A stretch of 63,075 nt of DNA, the filler included, from Olpidium bornovanus S191 (lineage: Eukaryota; Fungi; Olpidiomycota), in assembly GCA_017911155.1 (NCBI GenBank). It is 27 parts of 27 records of this genome, joined end to end, with 100 filler letters (N's around TTAATTAATTAA, not from the genome) between each part and the next. Parts side by side here need not be neighbours in the genome. Positions count along the whole stretch, not along the records: positions 25,404 to 28,808 come from JAEFCI010002014.1; positions 28,909 to 31,231 come from JAEFCI010004906.1; positions 31,332 to 32,981 come from JAEFCI010012164.1; positions 33,082 to 34,107 come from JAEFCI010010183.1; positions 34,208 to 35,375 come from JAEFCI010007795.1; positions 35,476 to 38,754 come from JAEFCI010009809.1; 21 more parts are not named here. The stretch is one strand, 5' to 3'. Every line of letters starts with the position of its first letter. Position 1 is the stretch's first letter. Position numbers and translations under genes: made by a program. Below, piece after piece: positions 25,401 through 38,854 of the stretch. The notes under the pieces were generated by a model. It searched no databases and was not told where the DNA came from. It worked only from the letters and a program-made list of their open reading frames with translations.

Positions 25401-26773
25401 NNNATTTCTGCGTCTGTATCCGGGTCTGGGTCTTCTGTGTAGTTTTGGGCGCGAAGGCGACACGTCTTATATACGCCCGTGGTAGTGCCAAGGCGCGGAT
25501 GCGCCCAGGCGCGGTCGCGTCATGGTGCGAGTCTGTAAAAAGCGGGCCTTGCGTGGCGTGAGTCAGGCTGTGGGCCTGGTACCTGCTGCGGGTTGAGAGA
25601 TTATTCCAAGAGGCGAAATTCTTTGAGGCACCACGACAGGTTCCACAGCGCTGGCTCCATTACGCACGCTCTTTCTTGGTCTGGGTCTGGACCTGGAGTC
25701 ACGTGGTTGGGCAGGTAGGCTCACCAGCGCACCAGGCGCGTCGGTGGTGTGTCTAGTGGTCTGGTCCCCAATCACATCACTGGGGCGGGGGGCGCACTGG
25801 TGTGGCCGCTTGCTCCTTGGAGTGGCTTATGGCGCAGGCATGAAGCCACGTGACGGAGAGCAGCGGATGCGTGCTGGTTGCGACCGCTTATCTTGGCGAG
25901 TCAGGACATCGCGCGATTGTAGGCCTTGGCTGCGGAGCGGTTTGACGTTTCACAGGGGAGAAGTTTGACGGCGTAGCCGCGACACTTATGCTATTACTTT
26001 GCGCAGGTTATGATCAGCATGCCGGTTATGAGAGCAGCACGCCAGCAGCTTCCGTTAAGCATAGCACACCCATATCACGTGACTATACCCTATAAGCCAG
26101 CGCGCGACGCCGTAAACACAACGTAGCTCTTCCTCTTTCCGAATAAACAAATAAACAGCAGCTTTTGCAAACTCTATCTTCACCATCAATCACACGGTGA
26201 CGACGGTGACACAGCTGATTTCTATCTATACCTTGCACAAGCTGAGTTGCAAAATGTCCGCAAGATAGGTCTTGAGAGGTATCTGGACGATCCATTTTTC
26301 CCCATGTTTGGAGGTGAGGTTGATGTTCTCACACTGGTGGAAGGTAAATGCAACTGACCAACTGTACCGGCGCCCTCGTTTCCGTCGGCCGGCTTTTCTG
26401 CTTACGGGTTTCTGACATCGAGCATGCCGCGCGAGCGGTTCACTGCCCGGTGATCAAGGAGGGCCGGTTTCTCTCTCGCATACCAGCTTTCCGCAAAATT
26501 TAGTGTGGGCATGCAAGCCAGTGCACAGAATTTCCTTCCGATTGCTCACGCTTTTGTGACTGGTTAGCAATAGTTGGTCAGACGAGAAATATCCGGTCCG
26601 TTAACCGTGCCAACTACCCTGGATGAGTTGGTCAGACGGTTTTTTTCTAGGATAATTTTCAGATGTTTATTTACAAGCAGGAACACAAAAAATCGACGTC
26701 CCTCCCCTTTGCAAAACCACGTTCGCGGGTGTCGATGCAAAAAAAACCAATCAAAAACCAGTGCGGCAGGAAT

Positions 26774-27938
26774 CTAAACTGCGGCCCGGTCTCCTCCACT
26801 GCTCGCAAAGTCGGTCAGACGTTTTCTGAACTCCTGCGCGAACACGACCGCGGCCGCCAAGGCGGCGCCGAACCCGCACCATTGTAGAGCTGATCGAATT
26901 CCCGCTAATCAGATAAAGGTTGAAAAGGGAGACGAGGGGACGGTCAATGAAAACAGGGACAGCGACAACTGCTCCTGCGGTGGGATGGTGTGAGGGAGAG
27001 GGGGGAAGAGAGAGGGAAAAAAGTTTGCCCTACCGGCCGACTTGAAGATGGTACCTGCTGCGCCCGCGGCTAGGACATTGTTTAGGGAGTCGTCGACCCC
27101 TCTTGTGGCTCGGATAATGCTCCGAGTACCGGAGAACATCATTGCTGCAGCGACAGGGCGCAAGAGAAATGGATGCTGGTGAGATATTTCGCGTAAAACC
27201 GTAGTATCCGTTGCTTCACACTACCACCGACTCCGATCCAGAGCGCACCGAAATTCCATTTAGAGAGAAACAGAGCGAGAGCGAGGGAGAAAGATGGAGG
27301 GGAGGATTGGGGTGTGAAGGGGAATGTTTTCACCTAGGACACCGACGGAGTTCCCCAAGAACGGCCCTCGTCGCGTGCAATGGTTGAGGACGCTGTTTAC
27401 CCGCAGCTTCAAGCTCGACTTGGATTCCACGCTCGTGACGCCCTCGTAGAGACCCCAAGAACCTCCAACACATAGCCCTGGAAGCAAGGAAGGGACAAAG
27501 ACGCGGAACGGCGTTGAGCAGTTCGCCCGCGAAAGACCAATTGGGGAGAAGGGCGGGGAGGGGGGCGGAGGAAGGGGGGGGGGGGCGCGTTCGCGCGAAA
27601 ACCGCATTTCCGTGACCCGTCTGATTTTGGGAAGACGCGTCTCTTGGGTTCTCACCTACGAAGTACGATGCTCCCGCGCCGTAGGCCAGCTCGTCGGTCC
27701 AGCCCCTCCTGCTCTTTCCGCCGGCGATGGTTGCGCCTCCCACGACGTCGTCAAGGTTCAGATAGTCAACGCCCCTCCCAAGCCCTGCCATCGGATGCAG
27801 CGCGGCCGGGGTGAGGTCGGCGGCCCCGAGAATGGACTCGACGGTAACGGGCTGGTACACGGCCATGCTGCTCACCGAGGACAGAGGGAACGAGCCTGGC
27901 TGCGGTGGCGGTTGTGCTGTCCCGGCGTCGCGCGACAT
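26774..27938 (-). CDS. TIM23: Mitochondrial inner-membrane translocase Tim23, complete, multi-exon
   Basis: Spliced product LHPMAGL...YLNLDD...RGWTDELAYGAGASY...KLRVNSVLNHCTRRGPFLGNSVGVLAMM...RGVDDSLNNVLAAG; stop TAG at 26774-26776. Confidence 0.92.
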
Positions 27939-29515
27939 TGCGACTGCGATCTTCTGTTCCGGCAGACTGGCACGAAAGGTCAGCGAGACGGGGCGTGTCT
28001 CATCGCAAAGGGGGGGAACCGGACAGGTGGAAAAAAAAAGAAAAAAAATTAATAATAATACTAATTCCGCGTTTGCGGCTCGGCCACCCACTTTCGCACT
28101 CACCGTCAAGTCCTCGCCATGCAGAGTCCGTTCGGACGACTTTCCCGGCATGACCCCCAAACCGCCTTTCTTCGTGACGAACACCGGCGTCTGTATGCCG
28201 AAATCCGGTGTTTCCAACTCGGAGTTCTTCTACCGTGAACAAGGGTTGTTGTTGGCTAATGTTCTTTGCGTACGAGATTTCATGGACAGAGTAACTTGGC
28301 GGTTTCATTATTTTGGTGGATGTGACGAGAGCTCCGTGTACATTTTGAAAATGTGAAAGCGCACGTGCAGGTGCGGCCATGTGGGGGACAGCATAACTCT
28401 GAACCTTGTTGAAAGTCAGCCAGAAGGCAAAAAGCTTATTGGCAGTTTCTCACGAGCGGAACGGCATTTCCACTCCCCGGCGGCCCCGCCGGTGACAATC
28501 CCTGCACTGCCATGAGAAACATGACAAGTGAGGCGCATGATTGAAACTGTCGAGGATATCTGATGGGAAGGGGCGTCAAACTCCAGTGAAATAAGTAAGG
28601 ATCTACTTTCCGTTCCTGGCTTTCACGATACTTGTTGTGCGCCGCCCAATTGCTGTAAAGAGCTGACAGGGTGCCACAGGCGTGAGTCATTCTCTTTCTG
28701 GGAAGTGGTTGGACCCACGTACGCTGCAATGTACCGTTAGTCGTTCCGTAATAAAAAACGCGAATTACCTTTAGGTTATGGTTCAAAGGTATCGAGAGAG
28801 AAAGCATGNNNNNNNNNNNNNNNNNNNNNNNNNNNNNNNNNNNNNNNNNNNNTTAATTAATTAANNNNNNNNNNNNNNNNNNNNNNNNNNNNNNNNNNNN
28901 NNNNNNNNCATGTATGTATACAATCGTCTCTCGGATAACTCGTTCCCGAACGGGGCAAAAAAACCTTTAAATGTGACGTTTTCCCAGCTAAAAAGTATTA
29001 TCGTGTTGATTGTTGTTCAAAATCTTCCTTCCACTTCCCTGGTCCCCTCGCCCGCCCCCGCCCCCTCCTCTTCCTCATCTCCGCGGGTCGGGCCCGCCGC
29101 GAAGTCGGCTTATTCTTCTTCGTGATTGGTTTGACGGGGGTTCGCGGAGTTTTGTTTTCGGATGAAAACACAAAATAATCTGCTCACATGGACTCGTCAC
29201 ACATTTTGGACAAAACTTTCCGGCAAAAACCGAAAGACAAGGGGCGAACGCGCTTGAGCCGCCGCGAGTTCCTCCGCCCGCCCTCCCAAGCGTGACCGCT
29301 TAGTGCAGAGTGTGGTCCACGAAATCACCGGGTTCTCGTTATCCCCGCAGCCCCCCGCATTTCTCCGCCCCTTCGTCCCTTCTCAGACCTTGTCTTCGTG
29401 CACCGTCGGAAAAGGTCAAACTACCGCGGGTTGCCGCTTGCCCCCACGCTGCCGATTCTGTGTCTCTGGCTGTCGTGCGTCCCCTATCATTGGGAAACAG
29501 AGCGGCCAGCGTAGT

Positions 29516-30420
29516 GATGGACGACAAAGATCGACGGCGCGCGGGGGCCCGCCGGCGCGATTCCCGTTCCGTGCGGTCGGCTATGGCCCGTAAGGCAGGC
29601 GGAGATCCATACCCGCCCGCAGCGGACAAGCAGCAGCAGCAGCAGCAGGCGCCACAGCCACAGCGCCCGCTGCCGCCTTCCGCAGCATCGGAGCGGCCGC
29701 CGGGGCAGGCGGCGGCAAGTAAGGCAGCCCGCTGGCCTTCCACGCGCCCGCCACCAATCTGGCCGCAACAGGCTCCACCCGTTCAATCGTTTCCGCTGCC
29801 TTTCGCCGGACACCAATCCGCGCACGGTGCGCCGGCCGCCCCGCAAGCAGTTGCCCATACCCAGAGCGGTTTGCCGACGACGGGTGCTCCCTTGGGGCCA
29901 GCCCCGCTGTCGTTTGCCGTCGAACCCTCCTGGTACAGTCAGTCAAATGTTCTGCGTTGACGTCCATCCCCGCCGCTCCGGCGTGCCCTGCCGACTGGGT
30001 TACCTTCTCGCCCGCCGAACCCACTTTTCCCCTCGTGGCCCCACCCCTGTGTTACTGCCCCCACGCCTTCTCATCCTTTCTGGTCGACGCTCAAACCGCT
30101 TGCTGTCCTCATCAGCTCACCAGACGCGGGGCGTATCCGCGAACCACTGGAGGCCGTCCTGCCAAACACGTTTCTGCGCCCGCCCTTTTTGCGCGGGCCG
30201 ACAAAGGTACGCGTGTGCAAGATTATCGAGCAGCCATTTGCGAGTGACTCGGGGTGCCTTAGGAAGCGGCGGGTCCTTTGGCTTTTTCGTCAACTGAGTA
30301 AGCTGACGGAAGGCCAAATTGCTCGCCCATCGGCAAAATCCCATTTTGCTCCGTCGGCAGGGCGAATTAGACGCGTTGGCTCGCCAGGCGTTGACGACGG
30401 CCACGAATGAGCATCCTGGT
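29516..30420 (+). CDS. Probable multi-exon gene with Q/P-rich N-terminus, product unknown
   Basis: ATG at about 29516 opens a Q/P/A-rich frame. Downstream GT-AG flanked segments (DAGRIREPLEAVLPNTFLRPPFL; GELDALARQAL) splice in phase. No family recognised. Confidence 0.3.
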
Positions 30421-31331
30421 ACCTGGCTTTCCACAAGCTCTCTCCAAGGAAACCTTGTGATCCCGATACTTCCCCGCCCGCACGCAGAGGGCGAGGTGGG
30501 GAGACAATAATACTGCAAACATAATTTGATACCACTAACACGGTGTGTTATGTTCCATCGCGAGCGTAACGTTGCATTGTAAAGGTGTCCTGCTACCGAA
30601 TTTTATATTTGCCTTGGTTCCACTTAACGTTATTCGCCACGTTGGTATCCTCCTTCACCCTTCACCTTCGTCCCCCCCCCGCCCCCTCTGCTAGTGGTCC
30701 CCCAGTCATCGTTTGGCGCCGGTTATTCCGCTCTCTTGGGGACTATAGCCTTTCCGGTTTTCGGCCTGTGACACGTGAAAGAATCTTCAAGGTGCTGTGG
30801 AACACGTGATTGATTGAAGGAGTCTAGTGCAGATGCGGCTGGTTCATAGTCAAACATTGGGTCTCTCGGGCTCGCGTCTGCTCTGGGCAATGCTAATATG
30901 ACGATTTACTGTCTAACCAGCCAGGCAGAAGGCGTGTTTCTGCCGAAGTACCGTTATACTGCGAGGATTTACAGTCAGTCGGCCAGCCGGACGGCAAAAG
31001 CCGCCTGAAGCGCAGCAGTGGGGTAGGCTTCCACGGGGTTCGCAACTCCATTCCTAGCTTACAACCGCACCTCTTGTACATGGAGAAGTTGGAATTTACT
31101 AACAAGGGCACATGACAAGGAGAATTATTACAAAGGGGCGCAATGGGAAAGTTACTTACATCGATGCAATTTTTTTCGGTGGGGGGCGAATTTACACATA
31201 ATGGCACAGATGAGGAAATTAATGGAAATTANNNNNNNNNNNNNNNNNNNNNNNNNNNNNNNNNNNNNNNNNNNNTTAATTAATTAANNNNNNNNNNNNN
31301 NNNNNNNNNNNNNNNNNNNNNNNNNNNNNNN

Positions 31332-32186
31332 CATGGTTTGGAATAAACACATCGGTATTAAAGTCAGGGCAGCCAACGGCGCAAAGATGCGATAAAAGCC
31401 CACCAACGCGGAGATTTATTGTCGTCTTGTGGATCCAGACTGTAACTGGCTGGTGCACAGCCAAAATCCTCACTTGATTGAGCAGCTGATTTTCTATGAA
31501 ATCCGCGTGGAGCTCCTGTTACGATTAGCGTTCGTTCCGCAACCGATCTCAGCATTGAGTCGAAAAGTCATTACGCGATCATGCGAAAATGGGCTTACCA
31601 GAATCTCCCAGTCGTCGGGAGATAACGGCTCCACTTCTACCACCGTTGCATCCTTTGACGCGTTCAGCAGCTCAACCGTCACCTAAATTGTAGTCCCAAC
31701 AACAACGTGAGCCTCCATTCATTGGGCGAAGCACTCGCAGGTAAGCAGAGAGTCCGCGCACGTTTTGTCCTGGCCGAAGGCCCAGCGTGTTGCCGAACAA
31801 AGGGTCGAACTCGATGGTTCCCGCGACTGCGTCCTTGCCCCGGTCGAACGGATTCACGGCTGAGAAGTTCCCGCCGGGTGGCGCACTCGCCCCTCCCGCC
31901 CAACTGACGTACGCCTTCCGCTGACGGGCAACTTCGCCCTCGGTCCACTCGATGCACACTGCATACTCGCTGGGTGCCTTTTTTGCAGGGCGTGGCAGAA
32001 TCAGCGTACAGGCAACGGGTATCTCCAAAGTCGCCGCGTCGCCTTCTCTGGCTATTTTCGACGTCTCTGCGCGCTCACCCGTCTCGAGGCGAGCAGCGGC
32101 GCACACCACGACGGTGGTAGGTTCACAAAGCACGAACGCAACGATGGTGCCCAGCCCACAGCCACCACCCTCGTGCTCGCCGGCAT
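31332..32186 (-). CDS. PEX1: Peroxisomal AAA ATPase Pex1, N-terminal domains (3'-truncated)
   Basis: Spliced product MPASTRVVAVGWAPSLRSCFVNLP...YVSWAGGAS...[30 protein letters not shown]. Confidence 0.9.
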
Positions 32187-33081
32187 ACTGGCCAGGGCGG
32201 CTTCAGAGAGGGCGGCTGGTACGAAGAGTGTACGCCGGAACTGGCAGAGAGCAGCGGGTGCTCGCGTGGTGGTAGCGTCCTCGGCTCTCTTGTTCCCTTC
32301 TCGCGGTCGGAGAAGCGCGCTTCAAATCCGGCGCCTCCGAAAGGCGTCTTGGTTACGCTTTCTGGGGCGGCTTGCCCAAACGTAAAAACGAGGCCCTACG
32401 TGGGATCCCAACCTCGAACCTTCCCCGCCCCCAACACCACCAGGACGAGGGAACGCCCCGCCGGCTCGCGCAGGGCTCGACATTGGTAATCGTATTCGTG
32501 GCTTCCAGATCAGTTCTAACTTTGGATCGCCCAACGGCAGGATGGAGGACGCTTGGAGGTTATGGATCAAATCTTCGGGAAGCTTACAAACCTCGGTAAG
32601 TCAGCAAGAATTCACGCGCGGCAAAACTTCGGCGCGGCCACACGTTCTGGCGGACGAGGACAACCTTCAGTAAGGGAATGGCTGAAGAACGCTGGCTATA
32701 TTTCGACTCCCCGGCTCTCCAAGCGTCTTCTTATTTGGGCACGATCAAAAAAAAGGCAGCCACGCTTCGTCTTCGGAGGTGGCGGGAGAGCTCAAATTAT
32801 AACGATAATACAGGAATCCGAAACGCCTGCCTGACCGGACAAAATGCCCGTTGGATGGCCCGCTTACCGCGTTGAGATATTTGGAGCAGGGGGGAAGGGA
32901 AGGGGAGGAGGGGGGGGGGGGGGGGGGGGGGCTGAATGAGGTCCACCGAAAACCGTGCCCATCAACCCGCTATACAAAGCGNNNNNNNNNNNNNNNNNNN
33001 NNNNNNNNNNNNNNNNNNNNNNNNNTTAATTAATTAANNNNNNNNNNNNNNNNNNNNNNNNNNNNNNNNNNNNNNNNNNNN

Positions 33082-34107
33082 CATGCCGGATTGCGGAGGG
33101 TGGAAAATCGCGTGAGGGCAACCGCTCTGTTTGCTTCCCGCGGTGCCTGGTGACTATCCCTGCAAAATTCAGGCCAGTTCTCAATGTACCCTCGTCCTGT
33201 TCGCCGGGAATTCCGTGCGGCAGCTCCAGTCGCCGCGCACCAGCTTGTGCACACAAAGGTCGAGGGTCTGGACCTTTCGGGGGCTGTCTACGTGGATAGT
33301 GAGGACGAAGGCAGGCCACGGTCGTCGACAGGAAACGCCCATTACATCAAGCAGATTACAGACGTTCTCTGCCTAGACGAGACCGGGGTCTTTCTCAAGG
33401 CGGACGAGAAGGGCGGCGGAACATTCCAGGTTCATCTCAAGCGAGCAGCAGCCCACCTTCGCCAGCGCGCATTCGAGGACACCGTCCAGGAGGCGTTTGG
33501 CCACCTTCATTGCCGCCTCGTGCGCATACTGCAGGAACAAGGGCGTTTAGAGGATCGGCAGGTTGGTCTCTCTTTTGGGTGGCGGTGGAGGATCTCATTA
33601 GGGTCGTCAAAATCTGGGTTGTGCTTTTCTTAACAGATCGACGCCGGCCCTCCTTTTTTTGTCCAGCTTGCAAGGCTCAGCAAATTACCACTCAAAGACG
33701 CGAGAGAGAAACTAATGCAACTGGCATCGAAAGGCGTGGTCGAATTGCAGGTGCGAGAGCTGAACACACGTTCGGGTTGTTGAGCACATTATCAAAAGCG
33801 GGGGAGACAACGAGGACGCCTTGGTGTTTGCCACTTGATGAGCCGGTTGCGACAAGGATCAACCAATCGCTCACGAAAAATCCGATAAACGCAGGAGGTG
33901 CCGAAGTCTGCCGATCGAACGCCTTCGAGATCATACTACCTCTGGTTTTTTGACGCCGGCACGTTCGCCCGGCGGGCAAAGCTGGACATGTATCGCACGC
34001 TGGCGAACCTGCGGGCGCGGCGGCGAGCTGAGCGGAAGTCCCGGGCGCGGCTGCTGGAGAAGCTGGAACGTTCGGACGTGAAAGCCAACCCCGAATTCCT
34101 TACCGAC
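33082..34107 (+). CDS. RPC82: RNA polymerase III subunit C82/RPC3, internal-to-C-terminal fragment
   Basis: FGHLHCRLVRILQEQGRLEDRQ...KDAREKLMQLASKGVVELQEVPKSADRTPSRSYYLWF after removing two introns. Confidence 0.88.
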
Positions 34108-34207
34108 NNNNNNNNNNNNNNNNNNNNNNNNNNNNNNNNNNNNNNNNNNNNTTAATTAATTAANNNNNNNNNNNNNNNNNNNNNNNNNNNNNNNNNNNNN
34201 NNNNNNN

Positions 34208-35300
34208 CATGTACGTCGCGTGCACCTGCTGGGCGCGGTGCCCGCGAGCGGTCCTGACTTTTGTCCTTGCTCATCGTCGCTTACCTGCCGCCATCTAAAA
34301 AACAAAACAAAAGAGTCTCCGAGCATTTTCTTCCCATATTTCTTCAGCTCCTGAAGGACGAGTTTCCAGAAGTACGACTCAACGTCATATCAAAATTGCA
34401 GCTAGTCAACGAAGGTGGGTTAACGAAAACCCTTTGCTTGAAAAACCTTTGCCTGCACGGCTGCCCGGCCCCGCTGCCGAAACGCTTTTTTTTTTTTTTT
34501 GCTACGTTGACGGGATTCGGATCGCCAACCGGAACCGGTAAAAAACGCTTTCGCAGCTATCGGGAGCGAAATACTGTCGAAGACGCTCTATCCCGCAATC
34601 ATCGAACTCGTGGAGGACAAGCAGTGGCGCGTGCGGCAGGCTGTAATCGAATACATACCGCTTCTCGCGACTCAGCTGGGGACTTCTTTCTTTGATGACA
34701 AGGTCATCAGCTTGTGCATCGCGTGGCTGTCTGACAGCGTATATGCCGTGCGCGAGGCAGCCACCGTAAACCTGCGGAAGCTGGCGGATGTGTTCGGCCC
34801 GGAGTGGGCGAAGATTAATGTGATCCCAAAAGTATTACCTATGGCCACACACCCAAATTACTTGTACCGAATGACGATGATTTTCGCCCTCACGGTATGT
34901 GGGGGAGTTTTTTTTTTTTTTTGGCTCCATCGTTTTCTCAACATTCGAGGTCTGCTCTTTTGCTGAAACTGCGCTCCTTTCCATGACCTTTCGCGCCATC
35001 CTCACCCCCGCCCTTCCCTTCCGGTTCCCAAAAGTCGCTCTCTTCCGTCGTCGGAATGGACGACATGCGCGACCAGATAATAACGACGCTCGCGAAAATG
35101 AGCGCCGATTCTATCCCGAACATCCGCTTTAACGTGGCCAAGGCGATAGAAACGCTGCTGCCCGTGCTCCAGGCGACTCCCCAGCCCGCGGCGACGACGC
35201 AGTTGGTCGAGCACACCCTGCGCCCGGCCCTGACGAAGTTGTGCGAGGACCCCGACAACGACGTGCGGTATTTCGGCCGGCGCGCGTCCGTGAAAGGCAG
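34208..35300 (+). CDS. TPD3: PP2A scaffold A subunit, C-terminal HEAT repeats
   Basis: [69 protein letters not shown]. Confidence 0.95.
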
Positions 35301-35318
35301 GTGCTTGGCCCCCCACAC

Positions 35319-35355
<37 letters not shown>

Positions 35356-35715
35356 CCCCCCCCCCGGGTTTTTGGNNNNNNNNNNNNNNNNNNNNNNNNN
35401 NNNNNNNNNNNNNNNNNNNTTAATTAATTAANNNNNNNNNNNNNNNNNNNNNNNNNNNNNNNNNNNNNNNNNNNNATCGATCACAGCGAATTCATTATAG
35501 AACAAGGGGAAATCCGGGAAGAGGCTGCGGAAGATATGAAGCCGTTGCCGGCACGGGAATGCGGCACCTCGCACTTTCAAATGCACGCCAATCATGCGAC
35601 GGGCGATGAGGTCAGCTGCAACGGTGATTTGCTGCCGATCTTCGTTCATTTAGATCTCTCCCACCAAGCGCTAATTTCGATCTAGGATGATCACGATAAG
35701 CGAGACGACCTAGGC

Positions 35716-37490
35716 ATGCGTTTGGCGGATTGTGCAGTTCCCAAGGTAAACCCAAGCAGCGAGGATGTCGCGGATGTGGCAGTGGCAGCCGGCGCCCACC
35801 TCACCGGTCAGTGCACCCGTTCGGTGTCGGGTGTTGAGAGAACTGACGCTACCAAACCCAGACTTGAGGTGAGCACTCAGTCGTTTCACGATGGAACCAT
35901 AACAAGAAGGAGTGTTACGCAGCTTTCTTCATGACTGGTTGGCCTTCCAGGATTACGACAGCTCAAGGAACCAGCCAGACCTCGAAGCTGACAAGAGTCA
36001 GCAAGAGCCCCGAGAATCTGCCGGCTTCTCACAAGACGACTGGGAGGGAATATCCGACAGTGTGCTCATCCAACACTGCGACAATCGTTCCCTACCTCGC
36101 GAGCCGAAGCCATTGTTGTCCCAGGAAGACGGAAGCGGCCGACCAAGAGCAACCAGGTCGTTAGATGTGCCGGAAACTAATTCCTTGTACGTCGGGGATG
36201 AACCGGTTTATCGCAAGGCGATCGGTGAATCCCCCTGTTATGCAGCGGTATCCGAAAAGGCAGGCTGCAAAGGTGAGCACATTTGGGCGCCGCGCTCCTT
36301 GTCGTGCGGGGTCTGCAAGCATTCTCACTTCACAATTCCCGACAGATAACAACCTGCGTCGAGATCTCGACGATGCCCTGGGAGACAGCATTGTAGACGA
36401 GTTCGGGGACGTGCTTCCTTTAGGGTCGCAAGAGATGGCGCAGTTTGAGCAATACGACCGCCCGACGAGCCCGGTGGACTCTCCCGTTAAGGACGAGGAT
36501 CCAGCGCAACAGGCTTCCGCAGGACCCACGGCAGCTTTCGGTGTTGCGGACACTGACGCTCTCATCAGGACCCTCTCGGCTGCAGGAGGCGGCTTCATGA
36601 CCGGCCGCAACGCACCGATCAAAATGGCACCCACTGACCGGCTCGCTAAGCAAGCGAACGCTTTGCTCGTCCCCCCGCAACCGATCTTCAACGCGCTGGA
36701 GACAGAGAAATCCACGTGCAGCGCGGGGGTTAAAGGCCAACCAATACAGGGGACTTCGCGAAAGCCTGCCGAATCGCCTAAGGTGTTGTCCTTTACGCCG
36801 GCGCCGGCGGCCCTTTTCACGCCTGCCAGGCCGGCAACATCTACGACAAACGCCAGCTCGCCTGGAGCAACCCCAGGACTCTCGCCCTTCAGGTCCGCCA
36901 AGGGCAGCAGATTGCCGATGCCATCGGCGGAAGCGATGCAGCTCGCCAGGAAGCGGCTATTTGCGGACCTCGATGACGATTTGCCTTCCGAACCTGGGGC
37001 CTACGGTTTCGGAACAAACGGCGACGGCGCTGCGGCAACCGGTCGTCGTCGCACGGCGACGAACGAAAGCCCGACGATGGCCTTCCTCCCCGGGGCGAAG
37101 CCTCCGCCCGGAACTCCCACGATCGGTGGAACGGCGCCCGCTGGCATGGCCGGCCCGTTTCCAAACGCGCCCAAAGTTTCGCTATTCGCGACGGGCGAGC
37201 CCAAGACCACCACCACACCTCGTCAGCGGGGTACCAGGGCGAGTCCGGGTTTATCTAGGTATGTTCAAAGAAGAAACTGCAAATTTCGTGGCCATCCCCA
37301 CCTCCCACACCCCTCCCTGCAGCGGTAGCTTCGCGGGCACGTGCGGTTACCTGCGCCCCGCTGATCGGACTGCGCAAAAAAAAAAAAAAAAAAAAAATCA
37401 GACCGTCGTCGCTGTCATCGTTGGCCATCCATCGCCCAGGTGGTCTGTACAAGCGAAGGGAACCGAGTCGAGACGGTTGACCGCTTGGTA
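35716..37490 (+). CDS. BRCA2: BRC-repeat protein (BRCA2/Brh2-like N-terminal region)
   Basis: Two BRC-like motifs in a disordered S/P/A-rich ORF: FMTGRNAPIKMAPTDRLAKQANALL (about 36594-36667) and FRSAKGSRLPMPSAEAMQLARKRLFADL (about 36888-36971). Upstream exons splice in phase (e.g. GTGAGC donor near 36272). 3' end uncertain. Confidence 0.55.
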
Positions 37491-38648
37491 GTAAATCCGA
37501 CGCGTCCTTTTTCCTAATGTCCTTCTTAGAGCGCTAAGTTCGCCACAGCGGTCCGGAAACGCTTTTCGTTTTGCGGCAACCCGGCGGATTCCGGCTGCCT
37601 TTGCGCGCCAAAGAAGGCCCCCCCCCTCCTCCCCCCCCCAACCAATTCACCTCACCCACGCATTTCCCGCGCACGCTATCAAATGTCGACCAAAAAAAAA
37701 AGAGCTGAACCGGAAAATCACGGGCGTTACTGTTATCCCGTGACTCCCGACTCATATAGCTGCTATTTGAATTTGTACTTAACCCACATGCTCTACCCCC
37801 AAGATTCGGCAGAACAACCACGATGTTGGTTCGTTGTGAAATGTGCCAATTCCCTGGCAATCTTCTCCTTGCGACTTTATATGTAGTACACGCTTGGAAT
37901 TAGATTTTTCCCGTTGGACGCGGGGGCGCGGGGAAAGGGGTGGGGGGATGGGCGAAACCGCCGTAAAAGAGATGGTGACTCGGTCGCCGCGCATAAACAG
38001 GAACGGTTTGTCCGATAGGAAACCGGCTGCTGAGGGAGGCGCGGCCTGTTGTCCTCGGGAACGGGTTGGCCGCCTAACCGGCAAGCATGCGCGCACCGAC
38101 GCGGGGAGGAGCGTAGAGGACGCGTGTAGATTGAAGTCCTCTGTTCCCTTTTTTTTTATTTTTTTTTTTTTGCATCGGCGTGTACTCTTTTACTGAACCT
38201 TCCCCTCCTCCCCCTCCTTTCCCCCTCCCCCCCTTTTCCCCTCGGCTTTGCCGACGGAGGCAAAAGGCCCCCCGCCGTTCGGAGGCAGAACCGCGCGCGG
38301 CGTGTTTCCTCCTGTGCGAGAAGAGGGGCGGGCCGCCTGTTGGCGTGGGGTGGGGTGGCGCGCGGGGGGAAGGAGGGTAGCCAGACGCGACCGGGTGTTA
38401 CTGCCTCACCTCTTCCCCCCCCACCCCGCCCTTTTCCCCGCCAGCCGGAGCCGTGACGCGACGCGAAAGTCGGCGGGGGCGAAGCGCGTCCTACCTTACC
38501 CCTTCCCGGACGCGTTCCGCGTGCGCAAAACACGCCCTAATAACCCTTCCCCGCGACGGCGCGAAGAGAGGAAACGCCGCTCAGAACGGACCTCCCACCA
38601 CCCGCGCACTCACCGCCAACATCCTCTCCTCCGCGCTTTTAGGATTCT

Positions 38649-38753
<105 letters not shown>

Positions 38754-38854
38754 ANNNNNNNNNNNNNNNNNNNNNNNNNNNNNNNNNNNNNNNNNNNNTT
38801 AATTAATTAANNNNNNNNNNNNNNNNNNNNNNNNNNNNNNNNNNNNNNNNNNNN

